Source: a virus
Taxonomy: Duplodnaviria > Caudoviricetes
Virus record (IMG/VR): IMGVR_UViG_3300033067_001279
Span: 1 to 50,029 of that record
Length of the DNA stretch: 50,029 nt
Direction: 5' to 3' (one strand)
The position numbers were made by a program, and so were the translations under genes. Below, piece after piece: positions 16,946 through 26,100 of the stretch. A model generated the notes under the pieces. It was not told the origin of the DNA. It searched no databases and saw only the letters and a program-made list of their open reading frames with translations. Positions within the stretch are counted from its first letter, which is position 1; each line of letters begins with the position of its first letter.

Positions 16946-17324
16946 GGAAATGCTGCCCTCGAAGCGCAATATTCTGCTCCTGCATGCGCGGGTCGAGGTG
17001 CTCACCAAGGAGCGGGACGAGGCCCTCGACAAGCTGGCCGAAGCCAACAACGAGATCCTGGTGCTCCGGGATCGGGTCACCGAGTTTAAGGCCGGCGCGC
17101 TGATGTTGCAGGAAACAAATGAGACGTTGCGCGAGACGCTGAAAACCTTGCGCACCCAGCTCGATGACGTGCGCCGCGACCGTGACAGGGCCCGCGAGCA
17201 AGCCAGCGAGCATGAGGGCCGGCGGCGTGGCACTGAGATTGACTTGTCTCGCGCCCTCGGGTGGATTGACGCCAAGCGCGACATACCGCCATCATTAGAT
17301 CAAAGGTTGGAGATCCCATTCTGA
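16938..17324 (+). CDS. Coiled-coil hypothetical protein ending in EIPF
   Basis: GGAGG RBS; heptad pattern; C-terminal IPF. Confidence 0.65.
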   Translation: MAKEMLPSKRNILLLHARVEVLTKERDEALDKLAEANNEILVLRDRVTEFKAGALMLQETNETLRETLKTLRTQLDDVRRDRDRAREQASEHEGRRRGTEIDLSRALGWIDAKRDIPPSLDQRLEIPF

Positions 17325-17737
17325 TGGACAACAAATTTACATTCTCCCTGCATGAGAACGGCGCCCAGGTGCTTATCGAGGTTACCCCCCAGGGTGGCAA
17401 GCCAGCCGGCGTCATCCTCGACGCGCACGACCTGGACAATGTGCTCAGCAACTTGACCCGGGTGCGCGCTGCCATGACGCCCGGCCACCCGCGGACGCTG
17501 GATCCCAAGCCGATCTTCCGCAACACGGTGATCAACACGGTTTTCAGCGTCTTTGATCACGTCGAGGCGCCGCGTACCCGGGATATAGTGCTCGCCGCGC
17601 TGCACCCGGGCCTCGGCTGGGTGGCGTTTCGGATGAAGCCCGAACATTCCATGAAGCTCGGTACGGCGCTGCTCGCGGCAGTCGGCAAGGCCCAGGCGTC
17701 GGCCTCCCTGGTCAAGCCGGATGGCAGCCCGATCTAA
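17324..17737 (+). CDS. Hypothetical protein
   Basis: TGATG coupling; HPGLGWVAF motif; last + strand gene. Confidence 0.7.
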   Translation: MDNKFTFSLHENGAQVLIEVTPQGGKPAGVILDAHDLDNVLSNLTRVRAAMTPGHPRTLDPKPIFRNTVINTVFSVFDHVEAPRTRDIVLAALHPGLGWVAFRMKPEHSMKLGTALLAAVGKAQASASLVKPDGSPI

Positions 17738-17873
17738 GGGATTGCCTGGGAGCTGCCGCTCCCTGGCATAGGTGAAGGCGCGTCATTGATCGGAGATCTG
17801 CTGTCCCCCAGGGATCCGGAGATCAAGAGCAGCGTCCGAACCGGACGGCCGGCCCACGCCCCTGGGTCGGCCG

Positions 17874-18089
17874 TTACTTTGTCGAGACGCAGAGTCGGCG
17901 CCAAGTGGTGTTGTGCACTAGGACTTGGCGCTTGGTGTCGGCGGTGTCCTGGCGCGACGGGTGGATGATCACGAAGGCCTGGCACGCCGAGTCGCGGATC
18001 AGCGGCGTGGTATGCGCACAGCCGCTAAGGGCGAAAATCAGGATCGAGACGCTTGTCGACCTCAGCATCCGAGAGCTTGGCAATCTCAT
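17874..18089 (-). CDS. Outer-membrane spanin (Rz1-like lipoprotein)
   Basis: GGAGG RBS before ATG 18089; hydrophobic signal with lipobox LSGC; overlaps the i-spanin 3' end. Confidence 0.75.
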   Translation of the reverse strand: MRLPSSRMLRSTSVSILIFALSGCAHTTPLIRDSACQAFVIIHPSRQDTADTKRQVLVHNTTWRRLCVSTK

Positions 18090-18249
18090 CCTTGACCTCC
18101 TGGGAAATGTTGACGGCTTTCGCCAGGGCGGCGAGCTCCCGCGCGAACTGCTGGCGCTCGCCCTGCTGGATGAGCCTATTCCGCTCCAGATAATCCATGA
18201 TTGCACGGATGATCTGGAGCAGGGCAAAGGCGGCCTTGATCCATGTCAC
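18025..18249 (-). CDS. Inner-membrane spanin (Rz-like)
   Basis: N-terminal hydrophobic helix followed by coiled coil; overlapped by the lipoprotein gene. Confidence 0.65.
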   Translation of the reverse strand: MTWIKAAFALLQIIRAIMDYLERNRLIQQGERQQFARELAALAKAVNISQEVKDEIAKLSDAEVDKRLDPDFRP

Positions 18250-18572
18250 GGCTGGGCGACCTGGGCCGGCGTCACGGTGCCGGAAACAGAGTGCGAGCTG
18301 GTATCAGGGACAACCACCGCGGTGCCACCGAACACCGAGCGGAGGAAGCCGCCGGGACGGGTGAGCTTGCCGATCGCGGTCAGCACGATGAACAGGCCCG
18401 AAATGTAGGGCATCCAGGTCACCGGCAGCCAGGAGATCGAGCACGTGGCGGTGAGCTCGCCGGTCGAGAGGCAGCCATTCTGGCCGAGCCAGATGGTGGC
18501 CCCGGAGAGCACGGTGGCCAGGGTGCCGAACAGGTTGGTATAGGCCAGGAAGAAAGCGCGGATCTTATCCAT
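18246..18572 (-). CDS. Holin-like membrane protein
   Basis: Two hydrophobic segments; lies between endolysin and spanins. Confidence 0.55.
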   Translation of the reverse strand: MDKIRAFFLAYTNLFGTLATVLSGATIWLGQNGCLSTGELTATCSISWLPVTWMPYISGLFIVLTAIGKLTRPGGFLRSVFGGTAVVVPDTSSHSVSGTVTPAQVAQP

Positions 18573-18584
18573 GGAGGATCTCCG

Positions 18585-18779
18585 TTAGGGTTGCGTGAAA
18601 TTCGCTTTGACGGCCCACATTGCCGCTTGCTCGTAATTGGTCACGGCAATGGACCGTTCGCGGTTGTTAGGCACGTTCTGGCGGAGGTACTCGAGGAGCT
18701 CCTCGGTGCGCCGCTTGATCTCTGCGACGACCGGGGATCCCGAGGGGTTGAAGGCTGGCAGCGTCGAGGGGTCCGACAT
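18585..18779 (-). CDS. Acb2/Tad1-like helical-hairpin protein (candidate cyclic-nucleotide sponge)
   Basis: FNPSG...VAEIKR...NRERSIAVTNYEQAAMWAVKA resembles the RE-x-(S/A)-xAxT-x-(L/V)E-xA-xMW hairpin of Tad1/Acb2; AGGAG RBS. Confidence 0.65.
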   Translation of the reverse strand: MSDPSTLPAFNPSGSPVVAEIKRRTEELLEYLRQNVPNNRERSIAVTNYEQAAMWAVKANFTQP

Positions 18780-18787
18780 GGTTTCTC

Positions 18788-19315
18788 CTATGCCTCATTG
18801 TGCGAGAGAGCCCCGCCGGCGGCGAGGCGGACCACGCGGACGTTGCTGGGTTGGTTGACGCGCCACGGGCAACGGCGGACGCCGAGGAGGCGCGACTTGG
18901 CGATCCGCTTGATCATGACCTGGTCGGACTGGTTACCGCCGAGGACGTGGTAGGCTTCGTCGTCTTCGCCGACATACATGCCGACGTGACCGCTGCTCCC
19001 GCGCTCGAAGACGAGAATGTCGCCGAGCGCGGCATGCTTTTCGGCCGTGCCCCAATTGAGCCAGTTTCGGGCCCACAGCGGGTTGACCGGATCGTCCCAG
19101 CCAGCTTGCCGCACGACGTAGGCCGCCCAGAGACCGCACCAGGGGATGCTGTCATCGAGGTAGATGCCGGCCATGCCGATGGCGCGCGCCCACGCCATTA
19201 TGGATGGGTTGGAGCCCTGCCCCGGTTGTTCGGCCGTGCCGTAGGTCTTGAGGGCTTCGACAAGGATCCGCGGGCCGGGTTCCTTGGCAAGCCAGGCATA
19301 ATCGGTCGGGAGCAT
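18788..19315 (-). CDS. Endolysin, TIGR02594/NlpC-P60-like peptidase
   Basis: IPWCGLW (catalytic Cys), ARNWLNWG, GDILVF-R-SSGHVG (His), VLGGNQSD. Confidence 0.88.
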   Translation of the reverse strand: MLPTDYAWLAKEPGPRILVEALKTYGTAEQPGQGSNPSIMAWARAIGMAGIYLDDSIPWCGLWAAYVVRQAGWDDPVNPLWARNWLNWGTAEKHAALGDILVFERGSSGHVGMYVGEDDEAYHVLGGNQSDQVMIKRIAKSRLLGVRRCPWRVNQPSNVRVVRLAAGGALSHNEA

Positions 19316-19323
19316 GGTGGGCC

Positions 19324-19449
19324 TCACTGGGTTATGACGAGGGTGGCCTCATCGGTGTGTATTTTCTTGACCATGATGGAGGCGGCCACCACCAGGCAGA
19401 AGGTGGCCAGGAAGACCAGCAAGCCAAGGGCGAGTTCTAGGCGAGTCAT
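19324..19449 (-). CDS. 41-aa single-TM protein (below the ORF-track cutoff)
   Basis: MTRLELALGLLVFLATFCLVVAASIMVKKIHTDEATLVITQ; GAGG RBS; ATGA coupling. Confidence 0.55.
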   Translation of the reverse strand: MTRLELALGLLVFLATFCLVVAASIMVKKIHTDEATLVITQ

Positions 19450-19922
19450 CGCGGCACCTCGAGGTTAAATTCAGCGTCGGGGATATCACTGTCGGTTTCA
19501 ATGCCGCCGGGACAGTATCGCGTAGCGAGTGCGCGGTAAACATATCTCCCGCTGTCGAGGGGCGAGAGCCCCGGATCCGAGGCCTTCGGAATGGCGATCG
19601 AGACGCGGATCTTGACCGGATCATCCGAGGGATCCGAATAGCCGCCGGCCACCATGGGGAAGCGCACCGGCACAGTGCCATCGGGCGCCACCAGGAAGCC
19701 GCGGATTTCGGCCGGGCACTGACGATTGATGATGCCGCTATAGATCACCTTGAGATCTTCGCCCGGGCGCACGGTCTTGGTCACCACCTCGACACCCTGC
19801 CAGGAGATCGCCGAGCCATGGCTGTCCCGCCACCTATGGATCACGTCCGCCGAGTTGAGGGTGACCATGGCCAGGATGAGCGCGGCGACGGGCGGGATGT
19901 ACTTCTCGAGGCGGTGCATCAT
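19446..19922 (-). CDS. Membrane-anchored beta-rich hypothetical protein
   Basis: Start at ATG 19922 coupled to the upstream stop; N-terminal hydrophobic anchor; two Cys. Confidence 0.6.
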   Translation of the reverse strand: MMHRLEKYIPPVAALILAMVTLNSADVIHRWRDSHGSAISWQGVEVVTKTVRPGEDLKVIYSGIINRQCPAEIRGFLVAPDGTVPVRFPMVAGGYSDPSDDPVKIRVSIAIPKASDPGLSPLDSGRYVYRALATRYCPGGIETDSDIPDAEFNLEVPR

Positions 19923-20206
19923 GGCTGGCCTCCGCGGATCTTCCCAAACCCTTCGATAATGACCCAATAGGCGCCCACCAGGCCGGAGAACCACACCAGG
20001 ATTTTGCCCATGATGATGATCAGCCGGCGCGCGCCGCGGCCGATCCGTCCCAGCAACTCGAAGGTCCGCCATAATGCCACCATGTCCTCGAGTTTCTTGG
20101 TGTTGCCGAGCTCCCATTGCTCCCGTAGCCAGGACAGGGAAGGATGATGGTCCTCGCCGTCCATTGGGTCGCGCGGAGGCGGGCGGTCTGAAATCACATC
20201 TTCCAT
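19919..20206 (-). CDS. Membrane protein with a C-terminal TM helix (holin/antiholin-like)
   Basis: IIIMGKILVWFSGLVGAYWVII; first gene of the lysis cluster. Confidence 0.55.
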   Translation of the reverse strand: MEDVISDRPPPRDPMDGEDHHPSLSWLREQWELGNTKKLEDMVALWRTFELLGRIGRGARRLIIIMGKILVWFSGLVGAYWVIIEGFGKIRGGQP

Positions 20207-20231
20207 TTAAATCCTGCCCTAGCATGGCGGT

Positions 20232-20465
20232 TCAGAGCTGCGAAGTCAGGTCGATAAGTTTTCCGACCGTGATATTGGCCTGGTTCAATTGTGCAACCAG
20301 GGCATTGCGCTGGTTGGTCAGGTTTTCGATCTGGCCCGAAAGCGCCTCGATCTGACTTTGCAGGCTGCTGACGGTCCCAAGCATTCCGGCCTGCAGAAGT
20401 GCGAGCTCCTGCTCGTCGATGCCGAGTGCGATGAGGGTGGCGAGTAGTTCGGGTTTCAGGTTCAT
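20232..20465 (-). CDS. Small coiled-coil protein (tail-associated by position)
   Basis: Heptad repeat LQSQIEALSGQIENLTNQRNAL. Confidence 0.6.
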   Translation of the reverse strand: MNLKPELLATLIALGIDEQELALLQAGMLGTVSSLQSQIEALSGQIENLTNQRNALVAQLNQANITVGKLIDLTSQL

Positions 20466-20466
20466 G

Positions 20467-21267
20467 TCATGGTCCCCATGCGGCGCAGGTCATACGAGCT
20501 GCGCTGGATGATGATAAGGTGGTAGTCAAAGTTGCAGAAGCACTGGACGAAATTCCGGTGACGAGAGCGCCATTGGCTTGCGCGGTGCCGACCGTCTGAT
20601 TGCCGACGAGGGTCGGCGTGCCGACGTTCGAGGTGAACCCGATGGTGGGCGCGGTCGCCGGCGTATATTCCGCGCCCACGATGACGCCGCCAGATGATGC
20701 CGAGAAGGCGCTGGATGCCAGCGAGGTGGTTGAACCACTAGATGCAAAACCTCCGCCGGTCGGCGTAGAGCTAGACGGGTAAACCGAGTAGACGTAGCAG
20801 ACGAAAGCTGTCCCGGCGCCGCTAAGAGTAACAGACACCGTGCCAGACACAGTTGAAGCGTCCGCCAGATAATATGTAGATTGGCCGCCCGCGCTCCCGG
20901 TCTGCGTCGAACCAGATACGGCGGTGGCAGACGTGCCCCCGATAGTGACGGAAGAAACCGTCCTGGTTGTGGAGTTCAGCCAGCAGAAGCAGGCAACAAG
21001 GACGCGCTTGGCGTCAGTGGTGCCGAAGGTGATCGTGCCGGTGGTGTAGGTCGTGGCACCCGTCGAGGAACCGTAGTTGCCGTTGTAGCTGGCCGCGGGC
21101 GTGCCGGCGGCAGCCTTGCCCGGCAGCATGCCCATGGTGAGCGGCATGGCCAGCAGCACCTTCTTGCTCTCGGCCCGGATGATCGCAGGCTTCGGCACGA
21201 CGAGGGCCGGGGTCTGCGGCACCATGAGCGCAGGGATCACGGCGGCGGCGAGGAGCGACTTCATCAT
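20467..21267 (-). CDS. Tail-fibre-associated Ser/Thr/Gly-rich beta protein
   Basis: Coupled downstream of the tail fibre; beta-strand-rich composition. Confidence 0.65.
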   Translation of the reverse strand: MMKSLLAAAVIPALMVPQTPALVVPKPAIIRAESKKVLLAMPLTMGMLPGKAAAGTPAASYNGNYGSSTGATTYTTGTITFGTTDAKRVLVACFCWLNSTTRTVSSVTIGGTSATAVSGSTQTGSAGGQSTYYLADASTVSGTVSVTLSGAGTAFVCYVYSVYPSSSTPTGGGFASSGSTTSLASSAFSASSGGVIVGAEYTPATAPTIGFTSNVGTPTLVGNQTVGTAQANGALVTGISSSASATLTTTLSSSSAARMTCAAWGP

Positions 21268-23180
21268 GCGATGTCACCAATCAATAGCCAAGTGTCGGTC
21301 GCGCGCTTGTAGAGGGTCGCACCCGAATACTGGCCGGTGAGCTTGAACTTGGAGCTCGAGGACTGCAGCGTGATTCCGGTCGTCACCAGCGTCACTTGGG
21401 CCGAGCCGAGCTGGACGATGTCGATCCTCGTTCCGACCGGGAAGGCGACCGAGGCATTGGTCGGGATCGTCAGGTTGACGCTTGCGCCGGTGACATTGAT
21501 CGAGACCAGCTTTCCGGCGTCGGTCAGGGCCAGCGTATAGGCAGCTGTCTGGGCGTTCTCGGCTTCCGTGGCCACCGTCGCCACGACATTGGCCGTCGTT
21601 GCGATCTGGGTCGTGTTCGTGTTGGCGGCCGCGGTGGGCGCAGCGGGCGTGCCGGTGAAGGTGGGGCTGGCCAGCGGCGCATAGGAGCCAAGGTCGGTCT
21701 GGGTGGCAAGCTGGACGGTGGTGCCGTTGAGGCGGGCGAAGACCGCGGCCGTCGTTGTCCAGAAATCGCCGTTGGCCGGGGCCGTAGGAGCAGCGCCATG
21801 GGGAAGGTTGAAACCCGCACCGCCCGCAGCGGACGCCGCAGTGGTGGCCTTGCCGGTGAAGGTGGGCGAGGCAACAGGAGCGCGGGAGGTGTCGGTCGGG
21901 TGAACGTGGTCCTGCCGGGCAAAGCGCGTCGAGGTGCCAACGGTCGCCGTTCCGTCCATGACGGGAGAAGCACTGCCAGCCTGCGCCAGCACAAAGGCGG
22001 TGGTGGCAAGCTGGGTCGTGTTGGTGTCGACCGCAGCGGTGGGCGCCGCCGGGGTGCCGGTGAAGGTGGGCGAGGCAAGGGGTGCGAGCTGCACCGTCGT
22101 GCCGTTGACGCGCCCGAAGAAGCCACCCGTTGTCGACCAGAAATCGCCATTGACCGGCGATGTCGGAGCAGCACCGTGCGGAACATTCAGACCCGCGCCG
22201 CCCGTGGCCGAGGCAACTGTCGTCACGTTTCCGGTGAATGTCGCGCCGGTGAGGTTGGCGTAGGAGTTGGTGTCGACCGCCCACACGCCGCCGCTGCGCC
22301 GCAGGAGGCCGTTCGTCGTGAGAGCGGCAATGGTGTCGAGGTCGGCATCCCACGCCTGCACGGTCGAGCCGATGGCCGCCGAGGTCAGCAGCGCCGAGAG
22401 CAGCGTGCCGCCGTCCGCGATGAGCTTTCCGGTGGCCCCGCTAAAGATCGCCACGCGGCCGTTGACGGCGCCGGCCGGGCCGACGACATCGCCAGTTCCG
22501 GAACCGGCCGCGCCCTGGAGATTGCCCTGGAGGGTCCAGGTCGTGGTGCCGGTCTTTTTGTAATAATCGCTGTTGCTGGTGTTGATATAGAAATCGTTGA
22601 CTGCCCCCAGGCCGCCGGCCGGAGCGCCGGTTCCGGAGTACCAAAGCGAGCCGCTGGTGCCGTTGTTGCCGGCGATGCCCTGGAGATTGCCTTGCAGCGT
22701 CCAGGTCGAAACGCCGGTTTTCTTGTAGTAGTCGCTGTTGGTCGTGTTGATGTAAAAGTCATTGACCGAGCCGAGGCCGCCAGCCGGGGCGCCCGCTCCA
22801 GAAAGCCAGGTCGCGCCGTTGGCGCCGGCGGTGCCCTGGCCGAGGCCGCCGACGATATGCACCTCCGTGCCGTCATAGCGCATCAGGATGTCGAGGCCGA
22901 TCGTGATGTCACCCGAGGCCATCGCCACGCCGCCGGCTTTCTTGAGCGCCTTGGTGCCCGTCACGCCGGAGATCGTGATGGTCATCGGCCCGGTGTTGCC
23001 GGCCGTGGCGCGCCAGCCATAAAACTGGTCGGTATTCCAGTCGGTCTGGGCCGGGTAGGCGGTGCACGTTATGTCGTTGGTGCCGCCCGTTTGGGTGAGG
23101 GCCACGATGGTGGCCACGTCCCCGGAGACGGGGATCCCGGACACCGCGCCGGTGAGCCTATCGGTGATTGTGCTCGACAT
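21264..23180 (-). CDS. Tail fibre protein
   Basis: T/G/A-rich; PLASPTFTGTPAAPT repeats; duplicated GAPAGGLGxVNDFYINT modules; C-terminal YTLALTDAGKL...IPTNASVAFPVGT...WLLIGDI domain. Confidence 0.85.
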   Translation of the reverse strand: MSSTITDRLTGAVSGIPVSGDVATIVALTQTGGTNDITCTAYPAQTDWNTDQFYGWRATAGNTGPMTITISGVTGTKALKKAGGVAMASGDITIGLDILMRYDGTEVHIVGGLGQGTAGANGATWLSGAGAPAGGLGSVNDFYINTTNSDYYKKTGVSTWTLQGNLQGIAGNNGTSGSLWYSGTGAPAGGLGAVNDFYINTSNSDYYKKTGTTTWTLQGNLQGAAGSGTGDVVGPAGAVNGRVAIFSGATGKLIADGGTLLSALLTSAAIGSTVQAWDADLDTIAALTTNGLLRRSGGVWAVDTNSYANLTGATFTGNVTTVASATGGAGLNVPHGAAPTSPVNGDFWSTTGGFFGRVNGTTVQLAPLASPTFTGTPAAPTAAVDTNTTQLATTAFVLAQAGSASPVMDGTATVGTSTRFARQDHVHPTDTSRAPVASPTFTGKATTAASAAGGAGFNLPHGAAPTAPANGDFWTTTAAVFARLNGTTVQLATQTDLGSYAPLASPTFTGTPAAPTAAANTNTTQIATTANVVATVATEAENAQTAAYTLALTDAGKLVSINVTGASVNLTIPTNASVAFPVGTRIDIVQLGSAQVTLVTTGITLQSSSSKFKLTGQYSGATLYKRATDTWLLIGDIA

Positions 23181-23182
23181 GC

Positions 23183-26100
23183 TCAGTCCTCCATCCCGGG
23201 AAGCAGATCGGAGAAATCTGCGTCTGCCCCGTCTTGCAATACCCTACTTTTCACCTCGGGCCAAACCTCCTGCACGGCATGCGCGTTATACACTTTGCGC
23301 TTGTGGTAGCGTGCCAGAAGTTCCTCGCCCAGGGCGGGTGACAGTGTGCCGATATCCTGGATCAATCCGTCAGCATCCATTGGCTTTTTCTGCTCCCAGC
23401 CCTTGATCCCGGTGGTGATCAGGGCGTTGCGCGCCTCGACCATCGAGAGCCGGGCGAGGAGCTCCTGGGCGCCAAGCCGCTGGTCGGGCGTCAGGGTGAT
23501 CTTTTCCGGGTCGTCCTTGGGGCTTTCGATTCGGCTGACATCATTGCCGGCGATCTCCTTGCGGAGGGCGGAAATGGCGGCGATCGCATCCTTGGCCCGG
23601 CGCATCGGGTGGAGGCGTTCCACCTTCGCATCAAAATTGCCGGTGAGTAGGGCATAGGCCTTGAGGTTTTCGTTCTTGCTCTCGAGGAAAGTGTTGGCCG
23701 CCGCGGCGCCCTGGCTGTCGAGAATGTCCTTATAGGTGTTGGCAGTCTGGGCCATGGGCCCGGTCTGCTCGGACATCTGATCCCAGAACTGGCGGCTCGA
23801 GACGGCGCCCGAAGTCGCCTGCTTGATGAACCGCCGGCTCAGGGCATTGGTGGCCGTCTCGAGAACGCCGCGCTCCTGGGCGCGATCGACCGAGGCCGAG
23901 GTGATGATCTGCCCCCAGGACGCACCAAATCCCTGAATGGCGTGGTCGATCATGGCCGGGCTCATGTTGGTGGCATAGCCCATCGCCTTGGCGATCTCTG
24001 AGGTCCGGGCGGTGTACTGGCGCCAGGGCTCAAAGCCGGCGATGTCCTGGCCGACGATCGGCTGCCCGAACGAGTCGACGTTGTGGGCGAGCTCATAGCC
24101 CACCTTGAAGATCGGCACTTCGGTGGGCGGCGCGGTCACGTCATAGAGGCCGGAGACAAAGCTCTCGAGGGCGAGCGGGTTGCGCTTGTATACGGCATCG
24201 AATCCGCGCTCGAACAGGTTGGCCACAAAGCCCAGCTCGAACGGCTTGGGAATGGCCACCCAGTTGCCGGGGCTGAGCTTTACCATCCAGTGCGTGGCGC
24301 GCACATAATCCGAGATCTCCTCATATTCCGGATCATCACGATAGAGGGCGGTGAGGCCGAGGCTAAAGACGCCCATGGCGGTGAGCGCCGTCCAGGCCTT
24401 GGCCGACTTGCCAAGGTTGGCGCGGTCCCTGGCCGAGAGCGGCCGGCCGGCGCGGTGGCTCACGTAAGGGGTGATCGCCTTACGAATGGCGCCCTCCGCG
24501 GTGAGCGTGCGCACCGCCTTGTCGAGGCCCTGGACCGAAGCATTGAGGAAGGTCACCAGGCGCCGCGCGGCGTGGGTCTTCGAGCCATGCCGGCCGAAGT
24601 CGATATAGTCGCGGGCCTGGTAGGCTGCCTCGACGGCCGCCTCGAACGGTGTCAGTCCGTCTTTCTTGGCGCGCTCGAAGCTGTTGCGGAACACCGCCAG
24701 GCGGGTGCCGGTTTCGCTGAGCTCGGTGAGCTCGGCAAAGCCGCGGATCGAGGCGAAGCGGCGCACCGCATAGCCGTTCTTGCGCAGCGCATCGAGGTCG
24801 CGCATCACCCGGCCCTTGTCGAGGGCCGCGACATTGGCGCCGCCCATGATGCCGCCGAACGTGTTGTAGATCTGCGAGATCTCGTGCTGCATGATTTCAT
24901 CGCGGAGGCCGCGGGCGCCCGAGACAAAGGGAATGAAATCCATGCCGGTGAGCACCCAGGCCGACACCTGATCGCGGATGTAGTTGGCCAGGATGAACGG
25001 CGGCGCGGTGGTGATCGAGTAGCGCAGCATGCTCGAGGGCAGCGCCAGCACCGAGGTAAAGAGATCCCGGGACTCCTTGTTCATGCCGGTCATTGAGTCG
25101 TAGAGCTGGCGGCCGAAGTCGCCATCCGCCAGGCGCAGGGCTTGCTTTTTGCCATTGCGCCACACGTAGATGATCGGCTCGCCCTTCTCGTTGATCTCGC
25201 CGGCCTTGAAGACGGTGGCCTTGGCGTTGTCCCCGAGGAGATCGTCCACCAGGGTGGTGAGCGCGTCGATATCGCCGGGGTTGATGCCGGCCTCCTTGCC
25301 GGCGGCGCGGAGCACATCGCCCACGTCGACCGAGCTGCCCTTGAGCTGGGTCGAGGGGATCCGCTCCGCGATGGCGCCGCTCCCAGGGCCCGCCATCTTG
25401 GCGAGATCATCGAGGGCCTTGAACACATCGTTGCGCCGCATCAGCGCATTGAAGTGGTAGGCGTCGGTCATCATGCTTTCGATCGGGTTGATGATCGAAC
25501 GTTTGGACCCCTTGAAGGCCTTCACGATCGAGTTGCGCAACGTGGCATTGGGCTCGCGGCCCACCTCGCGATCAAGGTCCGAAAGGTCGCGCATGAAAGG
25601 CACGTAGTCGGGGCGCTGGATCAGGTCGTCGTAAAGCTCCTGGGTGAGGAATCCGCTCTCGTACTTCTTGCGCAGCATGTTGCGTTGCCACTCGTAGACC
25701 ATATCGGCGGCCTCGGTGAACTCCGGGTGTGCCAGCTCGAGCTCGGCAATCGCCGTCTGATAATCGCCCTTGGTGAACTTGCCAGGGGTGTTGGGGATCT
25801 CGCCGGCCAGGAAGCGATCATACTCGCGCACCGCGCGGCGTGAGATCAGGTAGGAGGCGAAGTCAGCCACGCGGCGATCGTCCCAGGAGGTCCAGCTATC
25901 GCCCAGGGCTTTCTCGAGGGCGTCGGACAGGCCAGGGCCTTCCGGCGTCACGCCATGATAGGGGACCACGCCATGCACCAGGTCGATGTGGCCGGCCGAG
26001 TAAGAGTCCTGGAGCAGGCGCGCCAGGCGGTAAGGATCCTGGGCGGAGGTGATGTCGAGGGCCCGACCGGTGCGCTTCTCGTAGATCTTGGCGAGCTCAT

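Noticed and set aside
21264-23180. Diversity-generating retroelement (suggested by BPP-1-like structural genes)
   Set aside because: No reverse transcriptase gene, and the fibre repeats differ at many synonymous sites, not only at adenines.
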